Origin: the human T2T-CHM13v2.0 reference genome, Homo sapiens
Assembly: GCF_009914755.1 (NCBI RefSeq)
Contig: NC_060938.1
Direction: 5' to 3' (one strand)
DNA: 64,000 bases
Both the position numbers and the translations under genes were made by a program. Below, piece after piece: positions 1 through 14,030 of the stretch; position 1 is the stretch's first letter; the number at the start of each line of letters is the position of its first letter. Below the pieces are notes generated by a model. The model saw only the letters and a list, made by a program, of their open reading frames with translations, ran no database searches and was not told the DNA's origin.

Positions 1-673
1 GTTTCATTAAGAAAAAAATATGTCAAATATGTTCAAAATAGATCACTAGTACAGATGCAGCAAAGGCAAAAACAGTAGGATCTGTTGAATAAATTTGAAG
101 TGTCCCAATAGGGATTTCACATTTTTAGGGGAAAGTAGAGACGATGAAATAGATATTGCAAATAACTGTCTTTTTTTAAATCTAAGCAATGGGGTGGGTG
201 AGGACAGTATTTATTATCAAATGCCAAAACCATTCCTGCAAGGCTTGTTGGACAAGAATGTAGTCACACTGGAAGGAAGAAATGTTTCAAGGACAAACCT
301 CCAAATCTTGTATCTCACTTACATTTCAATTACATAGCTTTTAGACTTGTGTGTACAGAGATCCCTCGACAAGTGGGCACTATCACTGCACCAAGGGCAA
401 ATTTTACCCACAGTCAGTGTTAAGGAGACTGCCAATTACAGATCTTTCTCAAGTACCCTTCTGACCCCAGAGAAATTAGCAACGGAGCAGGGAGGTGCAG
501 GATGAGGAGACCGATGACCCTACCAGCTTAGTAATGACACATATTGGAAGGAAAAACGATGAGGTTGCAGTATGAACAATGCAAAAAGTTTTTAAATAAA
601 GGTTTTTAACGTTTAATATAAGGGAGCTAAAAAGCTTTGACGTTCAATTTCAGTTCAAAGTGATACTTATTGA

Positions 674-980
674 CAGTACTGTCCAATAGAAATATAATGC
701 AAGCCACATATGAAATTTAAATTTTCTGGAAGCCACATTAAAAATAAAAAAAGGTTAATTTTAATAGTACATTTTATTTAACCCAATATATCCAACTTAC
801 AATTTCAACATGTAGTAAATAGAAAAACTTATTAATGAGATATTTTACTTTTTTTTTTTTACTAAGTCTTTGAACTTTAGCATATATTTCATCCTTGTAG
901 CACATCTCAGTTTGGACTAGTCACATTTCAAGTGATCAGTGGCCATGCATAGCTAGTGGCTACTGTATTAGACATTATAG
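674..980 (+). mobile_element. MER33 hAT-Charlie DNA transposon fossil
   Basis: Starts CAGTACTGTCCAATAGAAATATAATGCAAGCCACAT and ends GCTAGTGGCTACTGTATTAGACA. Matches recalled MER33 consensus over about 305 bp. Confidence 0.85.
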
Positions 981-1001
981 CTCTATAGGCACCCCAAGAA
1001 T

Positions 1002-2137
1002 ATTCATTCATTCATTTGATTAATATATAAGAATCACCTACTCTGTTTCAGACACTCTGTAAGGCACTAAGCATATGTCAGTGAAAAGAATTACTACATC
1101 TTTGCTCTTATAGAGCTTGGAATTTGGCATCTTGGCAAAAACAAAGATATTAAGCAAACAATTATGTGAATGTTTATAATAAAGTGTGATAAAGGAAATA
1201 TACAAAGTGCTGCAACATATACTACTATATGCCTACCAGGAAGAGAGAAAGAGATCAAGAAGACATTCATGAAGGAAGGGACACCTAATCTGAGATTGGA
1301 AGGATGGGTAAAGATTTATCAAGCTTGGAGGCTGGGAGAGGGGTGGGATCAGGGAAATAAGTGGTCCAAGTAGCCTTTGAGTGGAGAGCAACCTGATGAG
1401 GATGAGGGACTGATAGAAAGCCCATGAGCTGACAGCATGATAGGTAAAGAGGAGAGTAGCAAAAAATGAGATTAAAGAGGTAGGCAGGAATCAGAGTTCA
1501 ACAAAGATTTGAGCTTTTATCAAAAGAGCAAATGGCCGCTTGAGGAGAATGTTAGAGGGAGGTTTGACATGATCAGATTGCATATTAAGAGGATAAATCT
1601 AGCTGCTGAATGGAAAATATATTTGAGGTTATACAGAGTAAATGTTTAGAGCCCAATTACAAGGCTACAGCAGCCCAGGGGAAAGATGGTGGTGGTTCAA
1701 CATATCTGGGAGATAGACTGAATAGGATGTGGACTCTATACCAATGACTCAGTAGGATGTGAGTAGTAAGAAAAGGAGTTGTCAAGAATGCCACTAGGTT
1801 TCTGATATCAGCCATAAGATAAATGGTGGGGCCATTTGATGAACTGGAGATAAAATAGAGGAGTAAGAAGAATATGAGTTCCATTTTGAACACGTTCATT
1901 TTGAGATATCTGCAATACATCCAAGAGGGAATGTCATTAAGACAGAGATGTGGCCCTGGAAGTCAGAAGAGAGGTTGGAGCTAAAATTTTAGCATTATCA
2001 TTGGCAGAAAGCAGTTAACTGAAGCCACAGAAAAAGATGAAATCACCTAAGGTCCAAATTTCAAGTGAAAAGAGAGGGCATAGGGCTGAGTCCTGAGAGT
2101 CTCCATCAGATAAAGACTGAGTAGTGAAGAAGGGCCC
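1002..2137 (-). mobile_element. L2 LINE 3' portion, split by the THE1C insertion
   Basis: ATTCATTCATTCA...CACCTACTCTGT...GGCACT is the reverse complement of an L2 3' end, followed by a purine-rich L2 body. It resumes after 6862. Confidence 0.8.
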
Positions 2138-3931
2138 TGATATGTTTTGCTGTGTCCCCACCTAAATATCATCTTGAATTGTAGCTGCCATAATTCCTAT
2201 GTGTCGTGGGAGGGGTAGGTGGGAGGTAATTGAATCATGGGGGCAGTTACCCCCATGCTGCTCTTCTCATGATAGTAAGTGACTTCTCATGAGATCTGAT
2301 GGTTTTATACAAGGGAAATTTCCCTCTTTGCTCAGCACTACTTCTTCCTGCCATCATGTGAAGAAGGACATGTTTGCCTCCCCTTCCACCATAATTGTAA
2401 GTTTCCTTAGGCCTCTTCAGCTATGCAGAACTGTGAGTCAATTAAACCTCTTTCCTTTATAAATTACCCAGTCTTGAGCAGTTCTTTATAGCAGCATGAG
2501 AATGGACTAACATAGTAAGTTGGTACCGTTTAGTGGGGTGCTGCTGTACAGATACTTGAAAGTGTGGAAGCAGCTTTGAAACTGGGTAACAGGCAGAGGT
2601 TGGAACAGTTTGGAAGGCTCAGAACAAGATAGGAAGATGTGGGAAAGTTTGGAACTTCCTAGAGACTTGTTAAATGGCTTCAACCAAAATGCTGATAGTG
2701 ATATGGACAATGAAGTCCAGATTGAAGTGGACTCAGATGGAGATGTGGAATTTATTGGGAACTGGAATAAAGTTTACTCTTGCTATGTGTTAGCAAGCAG
2801 ACTGGTGGCATTTTGCCCCTGCTCTAAAGACCTGTGGAACTTTAGGGTATCTGGCAGAAGAAATTTATAAATGGCAAAGTGTTCAAGAGGTGACTTGGGT
2901 GCTGTTAAAAGCATTCAGTTTCGTGTATTCACAAAGATATGTTTTGGAATTTAAACGTACGTTTAAAAGGAAAGCAGAGTATACAATTTTGGAAAATTTG
3001 CAGCCTGATGATGCATAGAAAAGTAAAACACATTTTCTGAGGAGAAATTCAAGCTGGCTGCAGAAACTTGTGTAAGTAAGGGGCAGCCAAATGTTAATTG
3101 GCAAGACAGTGGGGAGAAATGTCTCCAGGGAATGTCAGAGGTCTTCACAGCAGGCCCTCCCATCACAGGCCCAGAGGCCTTAGAAAAAAAATGGTTTCAT
3201 GGGCTGGGCCCAGGGCCTTGCTGCATTTGGCAGTCTCAGGACTTGGTACCCTGTGTTCCAGCCATGGCTAAAAAAGGCCAATGTATGGCTCAGGCCATTG
3301 CCTCAGAAGGTGCAAGCCTCAAGCCTTGGTGGCTTACACAGGGTTTGGGGCCTGCAGGTGCATAGAAGTCAAGAATTGAGGTTTGGGAACCTCCACCTAG
3401 ATTTCAGGGGATGTATGAAAATGCCTGGAGGTCCAGGCAGAAGTTTGCTGCAGGGGTGGAGCCCTCATGGAGAACCTCTGGTAAGACAGTGAAGGCAAAT
3501 GTGGGGTCAGAGGCCCCACAAGGGCACTGCCTAGTGGAGCCATAAAAAGAGGGCCATCTTCCTCCAGACTCTAGAATGGTAGATCCACCAACAGCTTGCA
3601 CCATGCACCTGGAAAAGCCACAGACACTCAATACCAGCACTTGAAGGCAGTGAGGAGGGGGGCTATACCTTACAATGCCAGAGGGGTAGAGTTTCACAAG
3701 GCCTTTGGAGCCCAACTCTTACATCAACATGACCTGGATGTGAGACACGGAGTCAAAGGAGATCATTTTAGAGCTTTAAGATTTGACTGCCCTGCTGGAT
3801 TTTGGACTTGCATGGGGCCTATAGCCCCTTCATTTTGGCTAATTTCTCCCATTTAGAATGGGTATATTTACCCAATGCCTGTACCCCCATTGTATCTAGG
3901 AAATAACTAACTTGCTTTTGATGTTACAGGC

Positions 3932-6322
3932 CGATATGGCTTGGCTGTGTCCTCACCCAAATCTCATCTTGAATTGTAGTTGCCATAACCCCCACATGTC
4001 ATGGGAGGGACCCAGAGGGAGACAATTGAATCATGGGTGTGGTTACCTCCATGCTGTTCTTGTGATAGTGAGTGAGTTCTCATGAGATCTGATGGTTTTA
4101 TAAAGGGCTTTTCCCCTTTTACTCATTCTTCTTCTCCCTTCTGCCAGGTGAAGAAAGGTGTGTTTGCTTCCCCTTCTGCCATGATTTATTGTAAGTTTCC
4201 TGAGGCCACAACAGCCATGCTGAACTGTGAGTCAATTAAACCTCTTTCCTTTACAAATTACCCAGTTTCAGGTATGTCCTTATAGTAGCATGAGAATGGA
4301 CTAATATAGCAAATTGTTGTGATAGAGTGGAGTACTGCTATTAAGATACCCAAAAATGTGGAAACAACTTTGGAACTGGGTAACAGGCAGAGATTGGAAC
4401 AGTTTGGAGGGTTCAGAAGAAGATAGGAAAATGTGGGAAAGTTTGGAACTTCTTAGAGACTTGTTGCATGGCTTTCACCAAAATGCTGATAGTGATTTGG
4501 GCAATAAAGTCCAGGCTGAGGTAGTCTCAGATGGAGATGAGGAACTCGTTGGGAACTGGAGTAAAGGTCACTCTTGCTATGCAAAGAGACTGGAAGCATT
4601 TTGCCCCTGCCCTAGAGATCTGTGGAACTTTGAACTTGAGAGAGATTATTTAGGGTATCTGGAGGAGGAATTTCTAAGTGACAAAGCATTCAAGAGGAAG
4701 CACACATAAAAATTTGGAAAATTTGCAGCCTGACGATGTCATAGAAAAGAAAAACCCATTTTCTGGGGAAAAATTCAAGTCTGCTCAGAAATTTGCATAA
4801 GTAAAAAGGAGCTGAATGTTAGTCATCAAGACAATGGGGAAAATGTCTCCAGGGCATGTTGCAGACCTTCACAGCAGCCACTGTCATCACAGGCCTGGAG
4901 GCCTAGGAGGAAAAACTGGTTTCTTGGACTAGGCCCAGGACCCCTCCACTGTGTGCAGCCTAGGAACATGGTGCCCTGCATCACAGCCATCCCAGCCATG
5001 GCTAAAAGGGGCCAAGGTACTGCATGGGCCATGGCTTCAGAGGGCGCAAGCCCCAGGCCTTGGCAGCTGCCACGTGGTGTTGAGCTTGTGGGTGCACAGA
5101 AGTCAAGAACTGAGGTTTGGAAACCTCTGCCTAGATATCAGACAATGTACGGAAACACCTCAATGTCCTGGCAGGGGTGTGCTTCAGGGGCAGAGCCCTC
5201 ATGGAGAACCTCTGCTAGGACAGTATGAAAGGGAAATGTGGGTCAGAGCCCCAACACAGAGTCCCCACTGAGGCACTGCTATTGGAGCTGTGAGAAGACG
5301 GCCACAGTCCTCCAAACTCCAGAATGGGAGATTCACCTACAGCTTGCACCATACAACTGGCAAAGCCACAGGCACTCAACACCAGCTCATGAAAGCAGCT
5401 GGGAGTGGGGCTGTACCAGGCAAAGCCACAGGGACAGAGCTTCCCAAGGCCACAGTAGCTCACCTCTTGCATCAGCGTGATACAAGTTCACTCTCAAGTT
5501 CAAAGTTCCACAGATCTCTAGGGCAGAGGCAAAATGCTTCCAGTCTCTTTGCATAGCAAGAATGACCTTTACTCCAGTTCCCAACAAGTTCCTCAGCTCC
5601 ATCTGAGGCTACCTCAGCTTGGATGTGAGACATGGAGTCAAAGGAGATCATTTTGGAACTTTAAGGTTTAATGACCATTCTATTGGATTTCCAACTTGCA
5701 TGGGAGCTGTAGCTCCTTTGTTTTTGCCAATTTCTCCAATTTGGAAAGGATGTATTTACCCAATGCCTATACCCCCATTGTATCTAAGGATTTTACAGGC
5801 TGATAGGTGGAAGAGACTTGCCTTGTCTCAGATGAGTCTTTGGACTTGGACTTTTGGGTTAATGCTGGAATGAGCTAAAACCTTGTGAGACTGTTGGAAT
5901 GGCATGACTGTGTTATGAAATGTGAGGACATGAGATCTGGGAGCAGCCAGGGGCAGAACAATATGGTTTGACTGTGTCCCCACACAAATCTCATTTTGAA
6001 TTGTAGTTGCCATAATCCCAACATGTGAGAGGAACCAGGTAGGAGGTAATTGAATCATGGGGGCGGTTACCTCCATGCTATTCTTGTGATAGTGAGTGAG
6101 TTCTCATGAGCTCTGATAGTTTTATAAGGAGCTTTTCCCTTTTATTCATTCTTCTCCCTGCCACCATGTGAAGAAGGACATGTTTTCTTCTTCTTCTGCC
6201 ATGACTAAGTTTCCTGAGGCCTCCCCAGCCATGCCAAACTGTGAGTCAATTAAATTTTTTTCCTTTACAAATTACCCAGTCTTGGGTATGTCCTTATAGC
6301 AGCATGAGAACAGACTAATGCA
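3932..6322 (+). mobile_element. Inner THE1C element nested in the outer internal region: 5' LTR 3932-4308, 3' LTR 5959-6322
   Basis: 5-bp TSD CAGGC at 3927-3931 and 6323-6327, after which the outer internal sequence resumes. Both LTRs share GTTGCCATA, TTACCTCCATGC and GGTATGTCCTTATAG. Confidence 0.92.
5491..5623 (-). repeat. Inverted copy of 4510-4642
   Basis: The reverse complement aligns to 4510-4642 with about 6 mismatches in 133 bp. Confidence 0.92.
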
Positions 6323-6862
6323 CAGGCTAATAGGCAGAATGGACTTGCCTTGTCTAAGATGAGACTTTGGACTTGGACATTTGGGTTAATGCTGAAATGA
6401 GTTAACACTTTGGGGGACTGTTGGGAAGGCATGATTGTGTTTTGAAAGGAGAGGACATGAGATTTGGGAGGGCCAGGGGTATAGTGATATGGTTTGGCTG
6501 TGTCTCCACCTAAATATCATCTTTAATTATAGTTTCCATAATCCCCACGTGTCATGGGAGGGACCAGGTGGGAGGTAATTGAATCATGAGGCAGTTACCC
6601 CCATGCTGCTGTTCTCATGATAGTGAGTGAGGCCTCATGAGATCTGATGGTTTTACAAGGGGCTTTTCCCTTTTTGCTTGGTACTTCTTCCTGCCATCAT
6701 GTGAAGAAGGATATGTTTGCTTCCCCTTCTGCCATGATTGTAAGTTTTCTAAGTCCTCCCCAGCCATGCGGAACTGTAAGTCAATTAAACCTCTTTCCTT
6801 TATAAATTACCCAGTCTCAACCAGCTTTTTATCGCAGCATGAGAATGGACTAATAAAGGCCC

Positions 6863-7140
6863 CATAATGGCAGGGAAGTCACCAGGAAATCACAAGACAA
6901 AAATATACAGGGAAGCCAAGAATAGAGTTTTTTCAAATAAGAAGGAGTGAGTAGTGAATGTATGGAAATTTCATAAAAAGTCAAGTTAGATAAGAATTAT
7001 CCATTAGACTTAGAAACAAGACAACTTTGTAAGAGCAGTTTCAATGAAGTGGTGGGCCCAATTGAATCAGGAAGTGAAGACAGTACATATCAACAAATCT
7101 GAAAATCTGGTTATGATAGGAAGACGAGAGTCTGGGAAGT
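6863..7140 (-). mobile_element. L2 continuation
   Basis: AAGTCAAGTTAGATAAG...TCCATTAGACTTAG...AGAGCAGTTTCAATGAAGTGGTGGG are typical antisense L2 blocks. Confidence 0.7.
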
Positions 7141-7699
7141 AACCTCATCACCATTCTCCATTTTCCATTATCCTGCTTCCATCTGTCAATGTCTGACTCA
7201 ATATAAAATCAGCACTGACACATGCATAGTTACAGCTACACATAAGAAGTCTGTCTGTAGCTAAAGCCAAGCAAACATAATACCCACAGCAGGGATGGAA
7301 ACTAAATATCATGAGGTGATTGTCATCAAAAGATGACTCCTTTTTGAGGAAATCCCAAGTGAAAAAAGAATTGGCACTGGGGTCAGGAGATTTTCCTAAA
7401 ACATCCTCCTGTTGCTAAGGAACTTGAAGTCTACACAACTGTACACACATAAGTCTACTCCTGGCCTGTGGCGATCCTTATTATTCCCTATTTTCCTACA
7501 TTCAGAACCACTGAGGAGAAAAATATCCATGGGCAGGCCAGCGAGTTACAAATAATGGAGAAATAGACATGGAATAAAATTGAATCATCGAGTTTGTGAA
7601 CCAAAGGCCAACCTGCCAACTCATTTCTAAGGTTTGTAGCAGGTTGTCTGTGGTCAGAAACTATATAGATAGTTTTTACGCATTTCAAAACCTCAAAAG

Positions 7700-7928
7700 A
7701 CAGCGTGGCAGAGAAAAGAAGCTGGATCTCAGACCTGTCTGGATTTAAATCCTGGTATCCTTACCTACTGCAGATTGTCCTGGGCAAGTCACTTCCACAG
7801 GCTGAGCCTCAGTTTCTTCATCCAATAAAAGAGGTCTAAAAATATCTCCCTTATGGTTTAGTGGAGGAAATTAAATGAGATAATGTATAGAGTGCTCAAT
7901 GGGCTGTCTGGCATGCAATAAATATTCA
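7700..7928 (+). mobile_element. MIR SINE
   Basis: MIR core GGGCAAGTCACTT...CTGAGCCTCAGTTTCTTCATC...ATTAAATGAGATAATGTA. Confidence 0.85.
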
Positions 7929-8884
7929 TTTCTTCTGACTGGTCAAAATGCGCTTTGAATGTGCATTTAGTAGCATGAATAGGAGGTGTGTGCTAGTACT
8001 TAATACATCAGCAAAAAGAATCTAGGTGGAAATTAGAAGAAATGCAGTAAACAAACAATTTAATGTGTCAACATATTCTGAAGGAGTTAGAGAAATCCTG
8101 AAATTACACCAATGGTTATTATCTGATGGATGGGTAAATAAAACAGACAGTCCATGACACTATCCTTTCAGTCTTTTTAGAAGAGAATGAGGTATGGTAT
8201 CCTCTAAGGTAGTATCCTTCCCACACAAGGACATTTTGTCATTAATATCATTTTTAACACAAGAAGAACCAATGAGACTTTTTTACTTCTGCATGCCCAA
8301 TTTCAGAACCACAGTTAAACAATTGTTTTTTAAAAGAGATTTAACATTATAGGAAATATTTTTCAAAATTTTATTTTATTCAATTATTTAGAGACTAATA
8401 GGCTTGCGTTCTGCTTCCTTATTCATTATCCTAGATTTTGAGCTACAGATCATTGCTCTAAATCTCACGATCAGCTGGACCACTCTGAAATAGAGCTCTT
8501 AGATATTTAAAGGAGGCATTTCCTAAGGCAATGCTCATCTCATCACATGTCTCCCCCAGCATACAAGATCAGTGATAGTCACTGGACTTATACAAGATTT
8601 TGAAATGCTTCCACATAGCCCTTCAGAAAGTATGTAAAATGCTATGAATAAGACATTGTCTCTGGGTTAAACGTTTAATCAAACCTAATGTACTTTTTAA
8701 GAGCAAATCAGTGATCACTTCAATATTCTTTACACATGACTTTTGAGTCCCCTTACAACTAAGTCAGCCTCAGTACCAAGAGTAGATAGAGATTTGATTT
8801 TCAAAGGGCCATTTTTGTCATAATCCATACCACTTAGAAACCTGAACGACAACACTCAAGAGCAAATTCTTACACACTGAAGTC

Positions 8885-9109
8885 AAACTTTCCCATAGTC
8901 TGACCCATCTCATCTTCTACATCTCCCTTCCATAAACACTAAACCCTAATTGACTTTATCTACTAGCCATTTCCCAAACACAGTGCTCATTCTTTCTCAT
9001 CTTGCACTTTCCTGATAATGCCGTTGCCTTTGTCTAGACTGATTTCCTTCCATCTCCATCTATTTAGAGCTACATGCCCTTTCAAGGCCTGGTTCAAATG
9101 CCCCTTTCT
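8885..9109 (+). mobile_element. L2 fragment interrupted by L1; resumes about 10635-10862
   Basis: CCCTTTCAAGGCCTGGTTCAAATGCCCC motif. The distal half ends GTGCTCAATAAAT. Confidence 0.65.
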
Positions 9110-10634
<1,525 letters not shown>

Positions 10635-13378
10635 TTATGAAATTTCCATCATCAACCCAGCTAGAAATTAATTCTCTCTCCCCAGAACAGCCATAACACT
10701 CAGACTATACTCATCTGCTACTGCTTTGTACCTCCTGAGTTTAACTACACTTGTATGGAGGTATAATCCATCTGTCTTACTGGTCTTTAAGTTTCTTGAT
10801 GAAAGAGATGATGCTTAAATATTATAATAATTCTTTATAAATAATAAGTGCTCAATAAATAATAATCCTTGTTTTACAAAATCTTAGCAAGTGCTTCACA
10901 TCACTAATCACATATGTAAAATCTCCACTTCTCATTTGCATAACACTCAAGGGTTGTGTGAAAGGATGGGCAAAGCGAAGCTTCTTTTAATCCGTTTCTA
11001 AGCTTCTTTGCACCACTTGCCACATTCTAGTTTTCCTTCTAGTCATCCTAATGTATTCATTATGGCATTCATTCTAAACCCACATGAGACCCTCAAATAA
11101 GTCAATCCTCCTTTGAAACTACACTTTATAATTAGGATTCATGATTGGAATGAACATTTGTATTTCAGCCTATAGGCTGGCCCCTTAAGTTTTGAAATTC
11201 TTATTATGACTATATAGTAAACATTTTCATCATGTGAGAAAACATCCTTTCTCCTACATAGCAGATATAGAAGTCACAGAGCACATTGCCTGACACCTAC
11301 CATCTCATCAGAAAGACACAGTTCACTATTCAGATAGTGAGTGCTTTCTGTGACCCTAGCTAATGCGGAGCTCCTGAAAAGCCACCCACTAAGGATGGCA
11401 GGATTGTACTAGCTGGAAGACTGATATGGTTTATGATCATTCCTCAGTTTGAGCCTGTGTCACACTCCCACTGTACAAGATTTTTCTTCCTATCTGGGAC
11501 ATACATTCCTCCATTACTTTTGAAGTTTTCTAAAGAAAAACACTCTCCTCCTGCCTCTCTTTTTTTGGGGGTTGGGAGGGAGTTGATGCTTTTAAGAGAG
11601 GAGGGGACTCTGTACCCCTCCATGGAAGAATTAAAGCCCATCATATCTTTTTCTGGGATTTTTCTGACAGTTTACCCTTTGTCATATCAGAGACAGAGCC
11701 TAAGCTTCCTTGTGCAAAGGCAAAAGATATGCAGAGAGAGAGAGCCTGGGCCTCTACTAAGGAGCTTTTCTAAAAAAAAAACAACAACAACAAAAAAAAT
11801 AGCTACTGCTATTGAACAGATTCTAGGGAAAGGTGGCCAACCCTGGAGAGTCAAAGTTCAGGAACAGCTGGTTGATTTTCAATTAAATTCCATGATTTAT
11901 GAAATCTGTGTTTCCAATTTGAACAAAAATAAATGACAGATTAAAAAGAGTAGGTCCTTAAAAGGACATAAAATATTGACAGTATAAATAGCTGTCAGGT
12001 TCAAAATTTAATCATGAATTGAATCCAAGATGATTGTGTTTACACCAAAACAGTGTCCACATGGACATATTAGTAGCAGTCCTACTTGACGATTCCAAAG
12101 CAGTAAAGCCACATTGGGTGGAAGATGGACCTCTGCAGAGAAGGTAAATTGCACAGAGATGATCGTGTCCCTTCTTCCCTGTCATTCTTCCCGAAGAGAA
12201 CCTCAAAGCAGTTCAATTTAAAATGTTGCAAAGCACCACTACCTCCTTTCAACTTTTAGCTGTTCTGTTATTCTTCACTGAATTGAAAAAGGGCAGAGTT
12301 GGGACAGGCTTTTATGCCCCACACCTCCAGAAGAATTCACAGAGCTTGACCAGAAAGCAGTGTTGCTGTCTAAATGATAAAGGGATAATTCTAATTTAAT
12401 TTAAAAGGGTAAGCCGTTAGGGAACTGAACACCTCAGGACTTATCCGTAAGAGCTAAGGCCTTTTATTACTAGATTCATATATCCCCATACCACCCAGAT
12501 CAAAAGTAAGTAAAAGTCATTTCCACATAATAACTCTCTGGTAGCCTATGGATAATGAGTTTGTTATCTCCAGCCATCTCTCATTAGGAAGGGATTGGCC
12601 CCTTTACAAACACAGTACAGAGTGGCTAACTCTATATAAAGCTTTTATGAAGAAAGAGCTAGATACAATTTCCCAGTGCATCAAGGAAAGCAGATTCTAA
12701 CCTCATCTGCGCTGACTGGGTTTGACAAATTTAACCTTGACACACTTCCATTTGTAAAGATGTAAAACAGAAATACCCTCAATAACAACTCATCTTCCAC
12801 AGAGTCTTTGTCAGGATTAATGACTTTGGTGTGTATCGTAAGAAAAATATTCAAATAGAATCCACAGCTGTATTTTTCTGCTGTTCCAACTATAGCCATG
12901 GTAAAGCCTGGTAAAGACAATGATTCAGTAAGAAAAAGAAGGCAGAAGTTTGTTACCAGGGGTTGGCAATAATATTCTTATATGGTAGATGAGCTTTTAG
13001 TGTTGAGGTACCTGCTTATCTATCCTCATGGTACCAACAGCTCTGAGCTTTTCTAATCAGGAGAATCTCCCAATCCAGCAGTGCCACATGGACCATGTCA
13101 AGATGCCTCCCAAGAGGAGCATGTGAGGAGTCGGTGTTCTATGTCCACTTACCTGTGTCCTGTCCTAGAGTGTAGCTTTTAACTGCTTGTTTGTCAGTTT
13201 GGTAGTAAACAACACCAAAAGTAACAACAAACTTTAACATAGTCCAAGTTGTCATTCTCACCAATCTTCAAACCCAAACCAAACTTTGTCATAAGCCCTA
13301 GCTTGCTAAGTCAGGACAACTTGTACCACGTCACAGCCATGAGAACAACTTTGTCCTACACTGAGCACTGCCTAACAT

Positions 13379-13543
13379 CAATGGTTCCCAACCCTGGCTA
13401 CACATTAGAATCACCTGGGGAGCTCTTAAAATCCAGTTGCCTAGGCAGCATCCTGACTAAGTCAGATTTTCTGGGGTGTGTCACTGGTTTTCAGGTCTCG
13501 CTGGGTGATTCCAAGGTATATGCAAGGCTGAGAACCACAACTG
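13379..13543. mobile_element. MER5A-like hAT-Charlie MITE
   Basis: CAATGGTTCCCAACCCTGGCTACACATTAGAATCACCTGGGGAGC...GGCTGAGAACCAC. Confidence 0.85.
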
Positions 13544-13580
13544 TAGAGTATCTTTCCTTTCTACTATATGAGTTCAATAC

Positions 13581-13693
13581 TAGGATGACCAGCTCATCCT
13601 TGTTTGTCTAGGACTGTCTCGGTTTCACCACTGAAAGACCCACATCCCAGGAACCTCTTCAGTCCAAGCAAACCAGGGCAGTTTGTTAGCCTA
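13581..13693. mobile_element. MER81 hAT-Blackjack MITE
   Basis: 113 bp, TAGGATGACC...GTTAGCCTA, with degenerate TIRs and a CACTGAAAG centre. Confidence 0.8.
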
Positions 13694-13919
13694 GTGCCGA
13701 ACTGTTTTTTCAATAACTAGCTTTCAATCCTATTGTTGTTGTTCTTACACTTTCCATTAACAAACCATCACACACCAAAATCTGCTGTTTCTCACTTGTG
13801 CCATAAATGTTCTTTATTCTGCATCTCATTCCCTATCCAAAAGATTTGGGGATAAAATGTCTAAAATCCAAGAGATATTGACTCACGAGCAGATGAATTA
13901 CCTGAAGAAGTTAAAAATG

Positions 13920-14030
13920 GATTTCAATAAACATTTATTAAAAGCCACTATGTGCCAAGCAGTTTCCAATGCTGTGTGTCAAAGATGAATAAAAAGACAA
14001 GCTTACATTCAGAATGTTCACAATCTGCTA
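13920..14030 (-). mobile_element. L2 3' end fragment
   Basis: TTCAATAAACATTTATT...ACTATGTGCCAAGCA. Confidence 0.6.

Larger units (their letters stand above)
2138..6857 (+). mobile_element. Outer THE1C (MaLR) element: 5' LTR 2138-2514, internal region, 3' LTR 6485-6857
   Basis: LTRs run TGATATG...ACTAA(C/T)A(T/A)A. 5-bp TSD GGCCC at 2133-2137 and 6858-6862. Both LTRs share CACCTAAATATCATC and CCCCCATGCTGCT variants. Confidence 0.92.

Noticed and set aside
2507-6867. Cluster of similar ORFs (e.g. MWESLELPRDLLNGF), also near 63 kb
   Set aside because: Frameshifted remnants of the THE1 internal ORF and LTRs, not a gene family.
11433-11936. Longest ORF in the track (167 aa)
   Set aside because: It runs through A-rich simple sequence (KKKTTTTKK) with no recognisable domain, so it is probably a chance ORF.
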